From an uncultured Acidobacteriota bacterium (GTDB taxonomy: Bacteria; Acidobacteriota; Polarisedimenticolia; J045): DNA of 64,000 bases. The notes beneath the pieces were generated by a model that was not told the origin of the DNA, searched no databases, and saw only the letters and a list, made by a program, of their open reading frames with translations. The stretch is from the NCBI GenBank assembly GCA_963702425.1, contig CAVPCQ010000010.1, forward strand, positions 68,182-132,181, given 5' to 3'. The position numbers and the translations under genes are program-made. This document shows, in pieces, positions 9,910 through 20,321 of the stretch (the first letter of the stretch is position 1; each line of letters begins with the position of its first letter).

Positions 9910-11574
9910 ATGAGAAAGTGTCTCGTAGTGCTGGGAGTGGCGGTCGTGGCCGTCCTCCTCACCACCTCCGCGTTCGCACAGAGCCGCGGAGTCACCTTCA
10001 CCCCGATCGGCTTCATCGATCCCCCGGGACCGTTCCCGGCGTCGAGCATCCTGGCGATGAACCCGCAGGGCACCATCTTCGTGGCGAGCCCGTCCTTCAG
10101 GTCCAGCTACGCGGTCCTGTGGACGCGCGAGGGCGGATGGGGGACGCAGATCGGCAACGTCGCTCCCCCCATCCGGATCTCGGAGGACGGAACGGTGATG
10201 TCGAGCGGCATCTACCCGGACTCGAACCCCGCCTACCTGTGGCCCGGCACGTGGCTCGGCTCGACGGACATGTTCTCCGCGATTCCGTCCCAGCCCGGGT
10301 ATGCACCCTGCGGCAGCAGCCGCATGTCGTTCTACGACATGGGCGGCAACGGCGATTACGCCGCCGGGCTGACCTGGTCGGGGTGCAGCATCGCCCGGGG
10401 CTTCCTGTGGGACAAGGCGACGAACACCACCATCGACACCGGCACCCCCAACGGTCAGAGCACCCGGGCGAACGCCGTCACCTGCGACGGCTCGGCCGTG
10501 ATCGGCTGGGGTACTTCGCTGGGGGGCCCGCGGCGTGGCGCGCGCTGGGAGAAGGAGACCGGCACCTGGACCTTCTTCGGCGACCCGACCGGCCAGGAGC
10601 CCAAGGCCTGCAAGGTGACCCCCAAGGGCTGCACCTCGGATTCGGCCGACCCGGTGCGCGGCTGCCCCGAGTACGTCGATGACGGCTCCTGCCCGACGTC
10701 GAGCAAGGGGGTCTGCACGGCCGGCGTCTGCGTCGGCGGTTTCGACGCGGGCAAGACCTGCACCAGCAGCTCGCAGTGCGGCGGAACGTGCGCCGGCGGG
10801 CCGAACAACGGCAAGCGCTGCACGTCGAACGGCAGCTGCCCCGACACGCCGGTCTGCCTGCCCAACCCGCTCTGGACCGACGACCTCTGGAAGGGCGAGG
10901 CGTTCGACGCCACCTCCGACGGCAAGTATGCGGTCGGCCGGAACTTCGACTACGGCCTGGGGTGGAACGACGGCTACCGGGTGAACCCGGACGGCAGCTT
11001 CGACCGGATCCCGACGTTCCCGGACTTCCCGTACATCCTCAACCCGTACGTGATCAGCGACAACAGCTACGCCGTCGCCGGTGCCGTCGGCGACTTCTTC
11101 TCCGGCACCGCGCCGTTCATCTGGAACAAGGACGTCGGCACGATCGACTTCCAGTTGTTCCTGATCGGGCAGGGGCTCGACGAGCTGTACTTCTGGTACC
11201 TGAGCTCGATCAACGCGATCAGCGCCAACGGCAGGATCGTCGCCGGTGGGGGAACCAACCCCGACGGTCTGCTCGAGGGCTGGATCGTCGACCTCAACTA
11301 CGTCCTGGTCTGCCGCAATCCCGACCCGGCCGCCGCCGCCGCGGACCCCGGCTGCAAGGACGGGACCGGCGATGGTTGCCGTACGATGCGCGTCGCCTAC
11401 GAGACCGTCGGCGATGCGAGCGAATACGGCTCCTGCGAGTTCAAGCGCTCGGGTGGTCTGGCGCGCGCGCAGGAACTGCGCCAGGAGCTGACCGAGAAGT
11501 ACCACTCGGGCGTCTTCAACGGCCCGTACAAGTTCGGTCCCAAGCGCAACGAGGGCCCGAGCGAGACGCGCTAG
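9910..11574 (+). CDS. Secreted protein with HAF-like extracellular repeats (probable beta-propeller) and a 12-Cys insertion
   Basis: Start MRKCLVVLGVAVVAVLLTTSAFA (signal peptide); repeats of type RANAVTCDGSAVIG, AFDATSDGKYAVG, INAISANGRIVAGGG; Cys-rich block at about 10606-10860. Confidence 0.75.
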   Translation: MRKCLVVLGVAVVAVLLTTSAFAQSRGVTFTPIGFIDPPGPFPASSILAMNPQGTIFVASPSFRSSYAVLWTREGGWGTQIGNVAPPIRISEDGTVMSSGIYPDSNPAYLWPGTWLGSTDMFSAIPSQPGYAPCGSSRMSFYDMGGNGDYAAGLTWSGCSIARGFLWDKATNTTIDTGTPNGQSTRANAVTCDGSAVIGWGTSLGGPRRGARWEKETGTWTFFGDPTGQEPKACKVTPKGCTSDSADPVRGCPEYVDDGSCPTSSKGVCTAGVCVGGFDAGKTCTSSSQCGGTCAGGPNNGKRCTSNGSCPDTPVCLPNPLWTDDLWKGEAFDATSDGKYAVGRNFDYGLGWNDGYRVNPDGSFDRIPTFPDFPYILNPYVISDNSYAVAGAVGDFFSGTAPFIWNKDVGTIDFQLFLIGQGLDELYFWYLSSINAISANGRIVAGGGTNPDGLLEGWIVDLNYVLVCRNPDPAAAAADPGCKDGTGDGCRTMRVAYETVGDASEYGSCEFKRSGGLARAQELRQELTEKYHSGVFNGPYKFGPKRNEGPSETR

Positions 11575-11611
11575 TTCGAGAACGTCCGGCAGCCGGTCAG
11601 CAGCGATCGGA

Positions 11612-11658
11612 GAAACGGGGCGGCGGGCCGTGCAGTGACGGCCCGCCGCCGCCGTTTC
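11612..11658 (+). terminator. Strong GC-rich hairpin downstream of the 9910-11574 gene
   Basis: GGCGGCGGGCCGT-gcagtg-ACGGCCCGCCGCC perfect 13-bp stem, extended by GAAACGG/CCGTTTC; only a short U tract. Confidence 0.5.
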
Positions 11659-11723
11659 GGCGGGTGGTGCGCCTTCCAACGCGTGCCGCGAGCGGGTCAT
11701 CGGGAGGGCGGGAGGACAGACAG

Positions 11724-14700
11724 ATGCGAGGCCGTGTCAGGCTCTTTGCCGCGCTCGCGGCTTTCCTCGGTGCGGCGCTGCCGGTGGCCGCCGCGGGCGG
11801 GCCGGGCGAGCCTGCGCGCGACGACCACACCCTGCGCCTCGCCGAGTTCGCCTTCGATCCGCTGCTGCAGGAGCCGGCGCTTCCCCCTGGGTGGGACCGC
11901 TCGCTGACGGCCGGTCCCGACCTGCAACTCGTGCAGTTCGACGGGCCGATTCCAGCCGACGCCAGCGCCCGGTTGAACGCCGCCGGCCTCGCTCCGGTGC
12001 GCTACGTCTATCCGAATACCTACATCGTCTGGGGGCAGGGCGCCGACCGCGACGCCCTCCGTGGACAGCCGCGAATCCGCTGGACCGGAGAGTTCGTACC
12101 GGCCTACCGCGTGCGCGCGGCCCTGCGCGATCGCTCCAAGGATCTCCTCGACGTGCGGGTGCTGATCTACCGCGGTGCCGGGGCCGACGCCGTCATCGCG
12201 GCCCTCTCCAAGCTGGGCCTCCCGACCGGGAGCCGGACCGTCGTCGACGACACGCTCGAGATCGCCGGGTTCCGGATTCCCGGCAGCCTGATGCGGTTCG
12301 CAGCCGCGGTGCCGGGGGTCTACTCCATCCAGCCGCTGAACTCCGATTGGGCCTCGCGGGCCGAGCTCTCCTCGCAGATCAACGTCGCCAACCTCGACCC
12401 GGAAACGGGCTTCCCGATCCCCGGCTACCGCAACTGGCTGGCCGCGGTCGGACTGGATGGTGCGGGGGTCAACGTCGCGATCGTCGACGAGGGAGTCGAT
12501 CAGTCCCATCCCGACCTCGCGGCGGGCCGCCTGCCCTGCACGGGTATCACCTGCACCGACGCGCCGAGCACACACGGCAGCCACGTCGCGGGCGTCGTCA
12601 CGGGCGATGGGATCAGTGGCGCGCTGGATGCGAACGGGTTCCTGCGGGGGCTGGGTGTGGCGCCGGGCACGCGGTACCTGGAGCAGGAGTTCGTCCTGTT
12701 CCGCTTCCTGCCCGCCGGGGTCACCCAGCTCATCCGCGACTCGGGGCGGAACGGGGCGACGATCTCGAACAACAGCTGGGGAACGTCGACGACGGCGGAG
12801 GGTTACGACGCCGACACGCTGCTGATCGACGCCGGCGTGCGCGACGTCGACCCCGCGCGGCCCGGCAACCAGGAGCTGTTCTACGTCCAGGCGATCGACA
12901 ACGGCAACGGCGGCATCAGCTCGCAGGGGACGCCGGACGAGGCGAAGAACGTCTTCGTCGTCGGCTCGACGCGGGCCTCCGACCTCAGCGGGAACCCGAT
13001 CGACACCTTCGACGACCTGTCTGCCAACACCGCGCACGGGCCGGCGCTCGACGGTCGCACGATCCCGCACCTGGTGGCCCCCGGCTGCCACGTCGACTCG
13101 ACGATCCCGGACTTCGGCGGCGGCTACGGCTTCCAACTGATCTGCGGTACGTCGATGGCCGCGCCGCAGATCTCCGGCGCCGCCGCGCTCTTCACGCAGC
13201 ACTACCGCCGCCTGCCCGACACCGCGAGCGACCCCAGCCCGGCGCTGATCAAGGCGGCCCTGCTCGCCGTCGGACGGGACCTGCAGGGGCAGTTGGATGC
13301 CGACGGTACGACGCTGGGCCATCGCCCCGACAGCAAGCAGGGCTGGGGCCGGCTCGACCTGCGGGCGCTCGTTCAGCCGCCGCCGGGCAGCGTGATCTAC
13401 TACGATCAGGAGCGCGTGTTCGTGGAGACCGGCGAAGAGGACTGGCTGCGCGAGGTCGTGCCGGCGGATCCCGGCGAGCCGATGCGGGTCATGCTGGCCT
13501 GGACGGACGCACCGGGTCACGGGCTCGGCGGGAGCACGCCGGCCTGGAACAACGACCTCGACCTCCTGGTCGAGATGGGCGGATCCACCTATCGGGGTAA
13601 CTTCTTCGGCGTCGACGGCTGGTCGGCCACGGGCGGCTCGGCGGATCTCCGCAACAACGCCGAGGGGGTATTCCTGCCGGTCCCCGCGGGCCGCGTCACG
13701 ATCCGCGTCCGCCCGTCGAACATCAACTCCGACGGCGTCCCGAACTTCGGCGACAGGCTCGACCAGGATTTCGCGCTGGTCTGCGTCAACTGCGCCTACG
13801 CCGAGGGGTTCGATCTCGAGCCGGCACCGGTCACTCGCGGCGTCTGCGCGCCGCAGTCGGCGGTGTACGAGGTGAACGTCGCCTCACACGCCGGCTACGC
13901 GAAGCCCGTGACGCTCTCCCTTGCCGGCGTGCCCGCCGGCGCGAGCGCCGGATTCGATGTCAACCCGGTGGTTTCCGGCGGCAAATCGGTGCTGACGGTC
14001 GCTCCCGGCGCCGTCGCCGACGGCAAGTACAAGCTGACGCTCACGGGCATCGCGGCGGAAGCCTCCCGCGTGCAGCCGCTGTACCTGGAGGTGCGTCGGG
14101 CGGCGCCGGCCGGGGCCGCCCCGAGCGTGCCGGTCAACGGTGCGGTGAACGTCGCGCTGCAGCCGGTGCTCGAGTGGACGGCGGCGACATCGACCGTGAG
14201 CTACGTCGTCGAGCTCTCCACGGATCCGACGTTCCGGACGATCTTCTACAGCGCCGTCTCGGAATCGACGCTGCACAAGGTCGGCGTGACGCTGGCCGAG
14301 GCGACGCTCTACCACTGGCGCGTGCGCGCCCGCAACGTCTGCGGCTTCGGCGCGTTCTCGGCGTCGTCGAGCTTCACCACGCGCGACGTCCCGCCGGTGC
14401 TGCTGGTCGACGACGACTGGGACCTGAACGGCGACTTCCAGGCCGAGTACCGCGCGGCGCTCGATGCGCTGCCGCTGGCGCCTTACTTCTACCCGGTCAG
14501 CTACGACGTCTGGGACGTCCACGCGGTCCACCAGCAGCAGGAACCGGACGCAGCGGACCTGGCGGCCTACGAGAAGGTGATTTGGTGGTCGGCGAAGGAG
14601 GACTATTACGCCGGCCCGGAGTACTTCGGGGAGCTCGAGCTGTCCACGTGGTTCGTTCGCCGTGGCGGCTGCCTGATGCTGAGCAGCGCCGACTACGTCC

Positions 14701-15410
14701 TCTCGCGCCGCGGCGTGAGCGACTTCATGCGGGAGCGCCTCGGGGTCGCGAGCGTGATCGAGGACACCAGGCGAACCACGGTGACCGGGCGAGGATCGGT
14801 CTTCGGCGGGCTGGGACCATTTACGCTCCAGGCTTCAAGCCCCGATTGGTCGGACGCCGTGTCGCCGGACGCTACGGCCGAGATCGCCTTCTCGGGCGAC
14901 GGGCAGAAGGCCGGCATCGACAAGCAGGGCAGCTACTACCGCACCAGCTTCCTGGGCTACGGGCTCGAGCGCCTGTCCGCGACCGACCGTCCCGCCGTGA
15001 TGCGGCGGTTCCTGCAGTGGTGTGACGGCTTGACGGCCCTCGACGGCGACGGCGACGGGGTGGCGAACGGGACGGACTGCGTGCCCGGCGACGCCTCGGC
15101 GTGGGGCGTTCCGGGACCGGTGACCGACCTGGCGTTGAGCAGGGACGCGATCGGCTTCCGCTGGTCGCAGCCAGTCGGAGACGGCGGCGCGGTCTACGAC
15201 CTGCTGCGCAGCGGGAGCCCGGCCGATTTCTGGAATGCGTCGTGCGTTGCGTCGGGCCTGTCGGAGACGTCGGTGCCCGCGTCGTGGGACACGGATCCGG
15301 CGCCCGGTGCGGCGACCTTCTACCTCGTCAGGGTACGCAGCGACTGCGGCACTGCGCCGATGGGAAGCGCGTCCGACGGGACGCCGCGGCAGGGAACTGC
15401 CTGCCAGTGA
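11724..15410 (+). CDS. Secreted S8 peptidase (KP-43-like) with Ig/FN3 domains and Cys-containing C-terminal tail
   Basis: Start MRGRVRLFAALAAFLGAALPVAA after GGAGG; VAIVDEG, HGSHVAG, GTSMAAP; PSPALIKAALL, QGWGRLDL, LAWTDAPG and NDLDLLV are typical of KP-43-type proteases; YHWRVRARNVCG FN3 strand. Confidence 0.92.
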   Translation: MRGRVRLFAALAAFLGAALPVAAAGGPGEPARDDHTLRLAEFAFDPLLQEPALPPGWDRSLTAGPDLQLVQFDGPIPADASARLNAAGLAPVRYVYPNTYIVWGQGADRDALRGQPRIRWTGEFVPAYRVRAALRDRSKDLLDVRVLIYRGAGADAVIAALSKLGLPTGSRTVVDDTLEIAGFRIPGSLMRFAAAVPGVYSIQPLNSDWASRAELSSQINVANLDPETGFPIPGYRNWLAAVGLDGAGVNVAIVDEGVDQSHPDLAAGRLPCTGITCTDAPSTHGSHVAGVVTGDGISGALDANGFLRGLGVAPGTRYLEQEFVLFRFLPAGVTQLIRDSGRNGATISNNSWGTSTTAEGYDADTLLIDAGVRDVDPARPGNQELFYVQAIDNGNGGISSQGTPDEAKNVFVVGSTRASDLSGNPIDTFDDLSANTAHGPALDGRTIPHLVAPGCHVDSTIPDFGGGYGFQLICGTSMAAPQISGAAALFTQHYRRLPDTASDPSPALIKAALLAVGRDLQGQLDADGTTLGHRPDSKQGWGRLDLRALVQPPPGSVIYYDQERVFVETGEEDWLREVVPADPGEPMRVMLAWTDAPGHGLGGSTPAWNNDLDLLVEMGGSTYRGNFFGVDGWSATGGSADLRNNAEGVFLPVPAGRVTIRVRPSNINSDGVPNFGDRLDQDFALVCVNCAYAEGFDLEPAPVTRGVCAPQSAVYEVNVASHAGYAKPVTLSLAGVPAGASAGFDVNPVVSGGKSVLTVAPGAVADGKYKLTLTGIAAEASRVQPLYLEVRRAAPAGAAPSVPVNGAVNVALQPVLEWTAATSTVSYVVELSTDPTFRTIFYSAVSESTLHKVGVTLAEATLYHWRVRARNVCGFGAFSASSSFTTRDVPPVLLVDDDWDLNGDFQAEYRAALDALPLAPYFYPVSYDVWDVHAVHQQQEPDAADLAAYEKVIWWSAKEDYYAGPEYFGELELSTWFVRRGGCLMLSSADYVLSRRGVSDFMRERLGVASVIEDTRRTTVTGRGSVFGGLGPFTLQASSPDWSDAVSPDATAEIAFSGDGQKAGIDKQGSYYRTSFLGYGLERLSATDRPAVMRRFLQWCDGLTALDGDGDGVANGTDCVPGDASAWGVPGPVTDLALSRDAIGFRWSQPVGDGGAVYDLLRSGSPADFWNASCVASGLSETSVPASWDTDPAPGAATFYLVRVRSDCGTAPMGSASDGTPRQGTACQ

Positions 15411-15450
15411 GGAAACGACAATGACATCCGCTTCGGAACGGAGGCCGGTC

Positions 15451-18400
15451 ATGAAAGCAGCCCTCGTCGCGGGACTCGCGATCCTGGTTTTCGGCGCCAC
15501 GCTGGCAGCCCCTCCGGGCGGCACCGTCCGGCTGCGGTCCGGCGCCATCGACGGCAGCCGCGCGGGAACCTCCGCAACGTCCGCCGCGCCGAGTGAGCTG
15601 GGCCGCTGGGTCGTGCGCTTCCAACGGCCCGTGGGCTGGCCGGAGCGGGGAGCGCTCGAGACGGCCGGCGCCCGCATCGTAGCGCCGCTGCCGGGCCAGG
15701 CTTTCCTGGTCAGCGTGCCGCCCGCCCGCGCCGCTGCGCTCGCCCGCATCGCGGGCGTGGAGTGGGCCGTGCCGTACCTCCCGCAGGACAAGCTCGCGCC
15801 GGAGATCGAGCAGCTCGCGGGGGCCGGGAAGGGGAGCGCGGACCTGGCGGTGGTCGTTCACCTGTTCCCCGACGCGGATCCCCACCAGGTGGCGGCCGAG
15901 TTGGGGTCCTCGGGACTGCGGGTCGCGAGTGCCGCGCGTGGCGGACGCTTCGGTCGCATCATGCTGCTCGCGACGCCGGAGGAACTCCGGGGGCCCGTCA
16001 CCGCGCTGGCCGAGCGGAACGACGTCTTCTGGATCGGTCAGAGGTACCGCCGCACGCTCGCCAACGACACCTCGATCTGGGTCGGCCAGTCCGGTCTCAA
16101 CGCCGGCATGACGACGCCGGTTTTCGACCACGGGATCTACGGCGCCGGGCAGGTGGCCGCGGTGCTCGACACCGGTCTCGACGCCGACATGTGCTACTTC
16201 CGCGACGGCGCGCTCGGATTGCCGCTCACCAACATCGGAGGCGGCACCGCTGTCGATCCGAATCACCGGAAGGTGCTCGCGGTCGACTTCCTCTGGACGG
16301 CCGACGACCCGGCGAACCCCGCCGCCTGGGACAACCAGGGGCACGGGACCCACGTCGCGGGCACGCTGGCCGGGGACAACCTGGCCAATCCGGTCCTCCA
16401 CGACACCGGCGACGGCATGGCGCCGGCGGCCAAGCTGGTGATTCAGGACGCCGGCTACGCTGCCGACGCCTGCGGCGACCTCCCCGGCATCGGCTGCCCG
16501 GTCACCGACCTCAACCCGGTCTTCCAGCAGGCCTACGCGCAGGGGGCGCGCGTCCACTCGAATTCCTGGAACGACAACGAAAACGGAGCGATCCAGAACA
16601 ACTACACGGACGCCTCGGTCGACGTCGACGAGTTCATGTGGAGCCACCCCGACTTCCTGATCGTCTTCGCCTGCGGCAACCACGCTCTGGGCGGCACGGG
16701 GACGATCGGCAGCCCCTCGACCGCCAAGAACGGGATGGCGACCGGCGGGACGTACAACGGCCAGGCCGCGATCTACCTGTCCGACATCTCGGCCTGGGGG
16801 CCGACCGACGACGGCCGGATCAAGCCGGACGTCGTCTTCCCGGGCGCCAGCATCCAGTCCGCCCTCAACGACAAGAACGTCACGACCAGCAATTGCGGCA
16901 CCGGGGGCTCGACGGGCACCTCGATGACCGCCCCCGGTGTCTCGGGAATGGCGCTCCTGACGCGCGAATACTTCATGAACGGCTGGTACCCGACCGGAGC
17001 CCCGGTTCCGGCCAACGGCTTCACCCCGTCGGCGGCGCTGCTCAAGGCGATGCTGGTCAACTCCGCGGTGCCGATCCCCTTCGACGCGGAGGGGCGCCCG
17101 ATCACGATCCCCGGGAACGAGCAGGGTTGGGGCCGTGTGCTGCTGGACAACGCCCTCCACTTCGCGGGCGACAAGCGCGGGCTGTGGGTCGCCGACGACG
17201 CCGGGGACTTCACCGCGCCCGGCGACGCCCCGGTGGTCTTCCAACTCCAGATGGAGGACACCGGCGAGCCGCTGAAGGTGACGCTCGCGTGGACCGACTA
17301 CCCGTCGACGCCCGCCGCGGCGACGCACCTGCTCAACGACCTCGACCTGCGCGTGGACGGCCCGAACGGCGGCTTCTGGGGCAACCAGTTCTTTCAGGGC
17401 GTGTCGGTGGACGGCGGCTCCGCCGACCGGCTGAACAACCTCGAGCAAGTGCTGATCCCGAACGCGCGGCCGGGCATTTACTCGATTCAGATCCAGCCGC
17501 ACGCGATCCCGGCCGGCCCGCAGTCGTTCGCGCTCGTCGTGACGGGGGGACGCTTCACCGTCACGTCGGGCCCGAGGCCCGCGTACTGGTCACACGTCAT
17601 CGACGACGCCGCGCCGCGCGGCAACGGTGACGGCATCCTCGACCCGGGCGAGTCGGCACGGATCCCGATCACCCTGCGCAACGCGGGCGACGCGGTCGCG
17701 ACCTCGGTCGTGGGTGCGCTCTACTCGGCCTATCCGGGGCTGCTCAAGGTATACGACGGCTCCGCGTCCTATCCCGACATGGCGGTGGGGGCGCAGGGTG
17801 TCTCGGCGGCCCCGCACTACGACGTGACACTCGAGCCCTCGGCCGCCTGTGGCCAGATCCTTGGCGGGACCATGGACATCACCGGGAACGGGTTCGCCGT
17901 CGGCAGCGCGATGACGATCGACATCGGGGTCTACGGGAAGAACTACCTATCCACCGACACCCCCGTCAACATCCCGCGATCCACCGGCTCTTCGGGGGTC
18001 TCGTCCTACATCAACGTCCCGGTCACGTTCCCGCTGACCGAGGCGGACGTCACCGTCAACATCGCTCACCCGAACATCGCGGACCTCGAGGTCATCCTGT
18101 ACCGGCCCGGGACCAACCCGCCGGTCTACCTGCACAACAATACCCGCCCCGGGGTCTCGGGGATTCATACGACCTACGACGAGCAGACCGCTCCCGACGG
18201 CCCGGGAAGCCTCGACGACTTCGTCGGCGGCGAGCCCCAGGGCAACTGGCGGCTGAAGATCACCAACTCCGGAACCCAGACGGGCACGCTGCAAAACTGG
18301 ACGCTGCGCCTGAAGAGCAACATCCCCTTCAACTGCAAGCCGATCGGCTGCGCGCAGGGGGTGCCTGCGGCCGTGGGGAACACGCTGACCGTGGCCAAGT

Positions 18401-18612
18401 CGGGCGCCGCGGACGTGCGGCTGAACTGGACCGGCGTCGGCTCCGCGAACTACAACGTCTGGCGCTCGACCGACGCGCAGTTCGGCGCGGCCGCCTTCGT
18501 CGGCGCGTCCGGCGGCGCGACCACGCTGCTCGACGTCGGAGCGCAATCGCTGCCCGGCATGCACTACTACCTCGTGCGCTCGGTCAACTCGTGCCGGTGG
18601 GAGAGCCCCTGA
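15451..18612 (+). CDS. Secreted S8 peptidase (KP-43-like) with proprotein-convertase P-like domain and FN3-like C-terminal tail
   Basis: ATG at 15451 follows GGAGG (alternative ATG 15421); AVLDTG, HGTHVAG, GTSMTAP; GPTDDGRIKPDV, PSAALLKAMLVNSA; P-domain VNIAHPNIADLEVIL...GNWRLKI. Confidence 0.93.
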   Translation: MKAALVAGLAILVFGATLAAPPGGTVRLRSGAIDGSRAGTSATSAAPSELGRWVVRFQRPVGWPERGALETAGARIVAPLPGQAFLVSVPPARAAALARIAGVEWAVPYLPQDKLAPEIEQLAGAGKGSADLAVVVHLFPDADPHQVAAELGSSGLRVASAARGGRFGRIMLLATPEELRGPVTALAERNDVFWIGQRYRRTLANDTSIWVGQSGLNAGMTTPVFDHGIYGAGQVAAVLDTGLDADMCYFRDGALGLPLTNIGGGTAVDPNHRKVLAVDFLWTADDPANPAAWDNQGHGTHVAGTLAGDNLANPVLHDTGDGMAPAAKLVIQDAGYAADACGDLPGIGCPVTDLNPVFQQAYAQGARVHSNSWNDNENGAIQNNYTDASVDVDEFMWSHPDFLIVFACGNHALGGTGTIGSPSTAKNGMATGGTYNGQAAIYLSDISAWGPTDDGRIKPDVVFPGASIQSALNDKNVTTSNCGTGGSTGTSMTAPGVSGMALLTREYFMNGWYPTGAPVPANGFTPSAALLKAMLVNSAVPIPFDAEGRPITIPGNEQGWGRVLLDNALHFAGDKRGLWVADDAGDFTAPGDAPVVFQLQMEDTGEPLKVTLAWTDYPSTPAAATHLLNDLDLRVDGPNGGFWGNQFFQGVSVDGGSADRLNNLEQVLIPNARPGIYSIQIQPHAIPAGPQSFALVVTGGRFTVTSGPRPAYWSHVIDDAAPRGNGDGILDPGESARIPITLRNAGDAVATSVVGALYSAYPGLLKVYDGSASYPDMAVGAQGVSAAPHYDVTLEPSAACGQILGGTMDITGNGFAVGSAMTIDIGVYGKNYLSTDTPVNIPRSTGSSGVSSYINVPVTFPLTEADVTVNIAHPNIADLEVILYRPGTNPPVYLHNNTRPGVSGIHTTYDEQTAPDGPGSLDDFVGGEPQGNWRLKITNSGTQTGTLQNWTLRLKSNIPFNCKPIGCAQGVPAAVGNTLTVAKSGAADVRLNWTGVGSANYNVWRSTDAQFGAAAFVGASGGATTLLDVGAQSLPGMHYYLVRSVNSCRWESP

Positions 18613-18721
18613 CTCTCCCGTAGCGGACCGAACGAGGTCCTGCCGCGGGTCTCCGCGTCAGAGCGGGGCCCCCGGCCCAGGTGATATTCTGCCCGGCCTC
18701 GTTCGCACGAAGGAGCCCGCC

Positions 18722-19768
18722 ATGTCCACCCGAGCCTTTGCCGCCCAGACCGCCACGTCGCCCCTCGGACCGTTCTCGATCACCCGCCGCGAGCCGCTGC
18801 CGCGCGACGTCGAGATCGACATCCTGTTCTGCGGGGTGTGCCACTCGGATCTGCACTACGCCCGCAACGAGTGGGGATTCACCAGCTACCCGCTGGTGCC
18901 GGGGCACGAAATCCTCGGGCGGGTGACGCGCGTGGGCGCGGGAGTGACCCGCTTCGCGGTCGGCGACCTGGCGGCAGTCGGGTGCCTGGTCGATTCCTGT
19001 CGGACCTGTACCAGCTGCGCGCGCGGGCTCGAGCAGTTCTGCCTGGGCGGCCCCGTGTTCACGTACAGCGGGCCTGACAAGCACTCCGGGGGGATGACGT
19101 TCGGCGGCTACTCGGAGAAGATCGTGGTGGACGAGGCGTTCACGCTGAAGGTCCCACGCAACCTCGATCCGGCGCGGGCCGCGCCGCTCCTCTGCGCCGG
19201 GATCACGACCTACTCGCCGCTGCGCAAGTGGGGGGCGGGGAAGGGGAAGAAGGTCGGGATCGTCGGGCTCGGTGGCCTGGGGCACATGGGCGTGAAGTTC
19301 GCCCGGGCCTTCGGCGCGCACACCGTGCTCTTCACCACGACCGAGGGGAAGATCGCCGACGGCAAGCGCCTGGGCGCCGACGAAGTGGTGATCTCGAAGA
19401 ACGCCGAGCAGATGGCCGCGCACGCTGGCAGCTTCGACATGATCCTCGACACCGTCTCGGCCGATCACGACGTGAACGCGTACCTGGGACTCCTGAAGCT
19501 CGATGCCACGATGGTGATGGTCGGCGCCCCACCCGACCCGCAGCGCCTGACCGTCCTCAACCTGCTCCTGCCGCGCCGCCAGCTGGCCGGCTCGCTGATC
19601 GGTGGGATCGCCGAGACCCAGGAGATGCTCGACTTCTGCGGCGTGCACGGCGTGGTGTGCGACATCGAGCTGATCGGCATGCAGCAGATCAACGAGGCCT
19701 ACGAGCGGATGCTCAAGAGCGACGTGAAGTACCGCTTCGTGATCGACATGGCGACGCTGAAGGCGTGA
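18722..19768 (+). CDS. Zn-dependent NAD(P)H alcohol dehydrogenase / aldehyde reductase (YahK/cinnamyl-ADH type)
   Basis: CGVCHSDLH, PGHE, CRTCTSC...C structural Zn site, LLCAGITTYSPL, GLGGLGHMG, DVKYRFVID. Confidence 0.95.
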   Translation: MSTRAFAAQTATSPLGPFSITRREPLPRDVEIDILFCGVCHSDLHYARNEWGFTSYPLVPGHEILGRVTRVGAGVTRFAVGDLAAVGCLVDSCRTCTSCARGLEQFCLGGPVFTYSGPDKHSGGMTFGGYSEKIVVDEAFTLKVPRNLDPARAAPLLCAGITTYSPLRKWGAGKGKKVGIVGLGGLGHMGVKFARAFGAHTVLFTTTEGKIADGKRLGADEVVISKNAEQMAAHAGSFDMILDTVSADHDVNAYLGLLKLDATMVMVGAPPDPQRLTVLNLLLPRRQLAGSLIGGIAETQEMLDFCGVHGVVCDIELIGMQQINEAYERMLKSDVKYRFVIDMATLKA

Positions 19769-19806
19769 GGCCGGGTCCCGATTCGGGCAGGGCGCGGGGA
19801 GGCTCC

Positions 19807-20241
19807 ATGATCCGTACCCGCGCGATGCGAGCCGACGATGCCGCACCCGTCGCCGCGCTCTCGGAGCAGCTCGGCTACCCTTCCACGGAGAGCGACGTGC
19901 GCCGCCGGTTCGCAGGGATCGAGGGGAGCGCGGATGCCGCTGCGTTCGTCGCCGAGTCGAGTGAGGGGCAGATCCTGGGCTGGGTGCACGTCTTCGTGGC
20001 GCGGCTCGTCGAGTCGGATCCGTACGTCGAGGTGGGAGGCCTGGTCGTCGCCGAGCGATCGCGAGGGCGCGGTGTCGGGCGGGCCCTGATGACTGCGGCC
20101 GAGGAGTGGACGGTCGCGTCTGGCTGCACGACGATCCGCCTGCGGTCGAACGTCCTTCGTGACGACGCACATCTTTTCTACGGGCATCTCGGCTACGAGC
20201 GGATCAAGACGCAGCATGCGTTCCGAAAGCGCGTCCGGTAG
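19807..20241 (+). CDS. GNAT family N-acetyltransferase
   Basis: Start MIRTRAMRADD after GGAGG; acetyl-CoA motif RGRGVGRAL; AHLFYGHLGY. Confidence 0.88.
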   Translation: MIRTRAMRADDAAPVAALSEQLGYPSTESDVRRRFAGIEGSADAAAFVAESSEGQILGWVHVFVARLVESDPYVEVGGLVVAERSRGRGVGRALMTAAEEWTVASGCTTIRLRSNVLRDDAHLFYGHLGYERIKTQHAFRKRVR

Positions 20242-20321
20242 CGACCGACGAAGGCGAGAGCGCCCCGGTGGTCTTCCCAGGCCGGAGCGCTCACGGGCCG
20301 ATTCCGGTCAGTCGGATCAGA

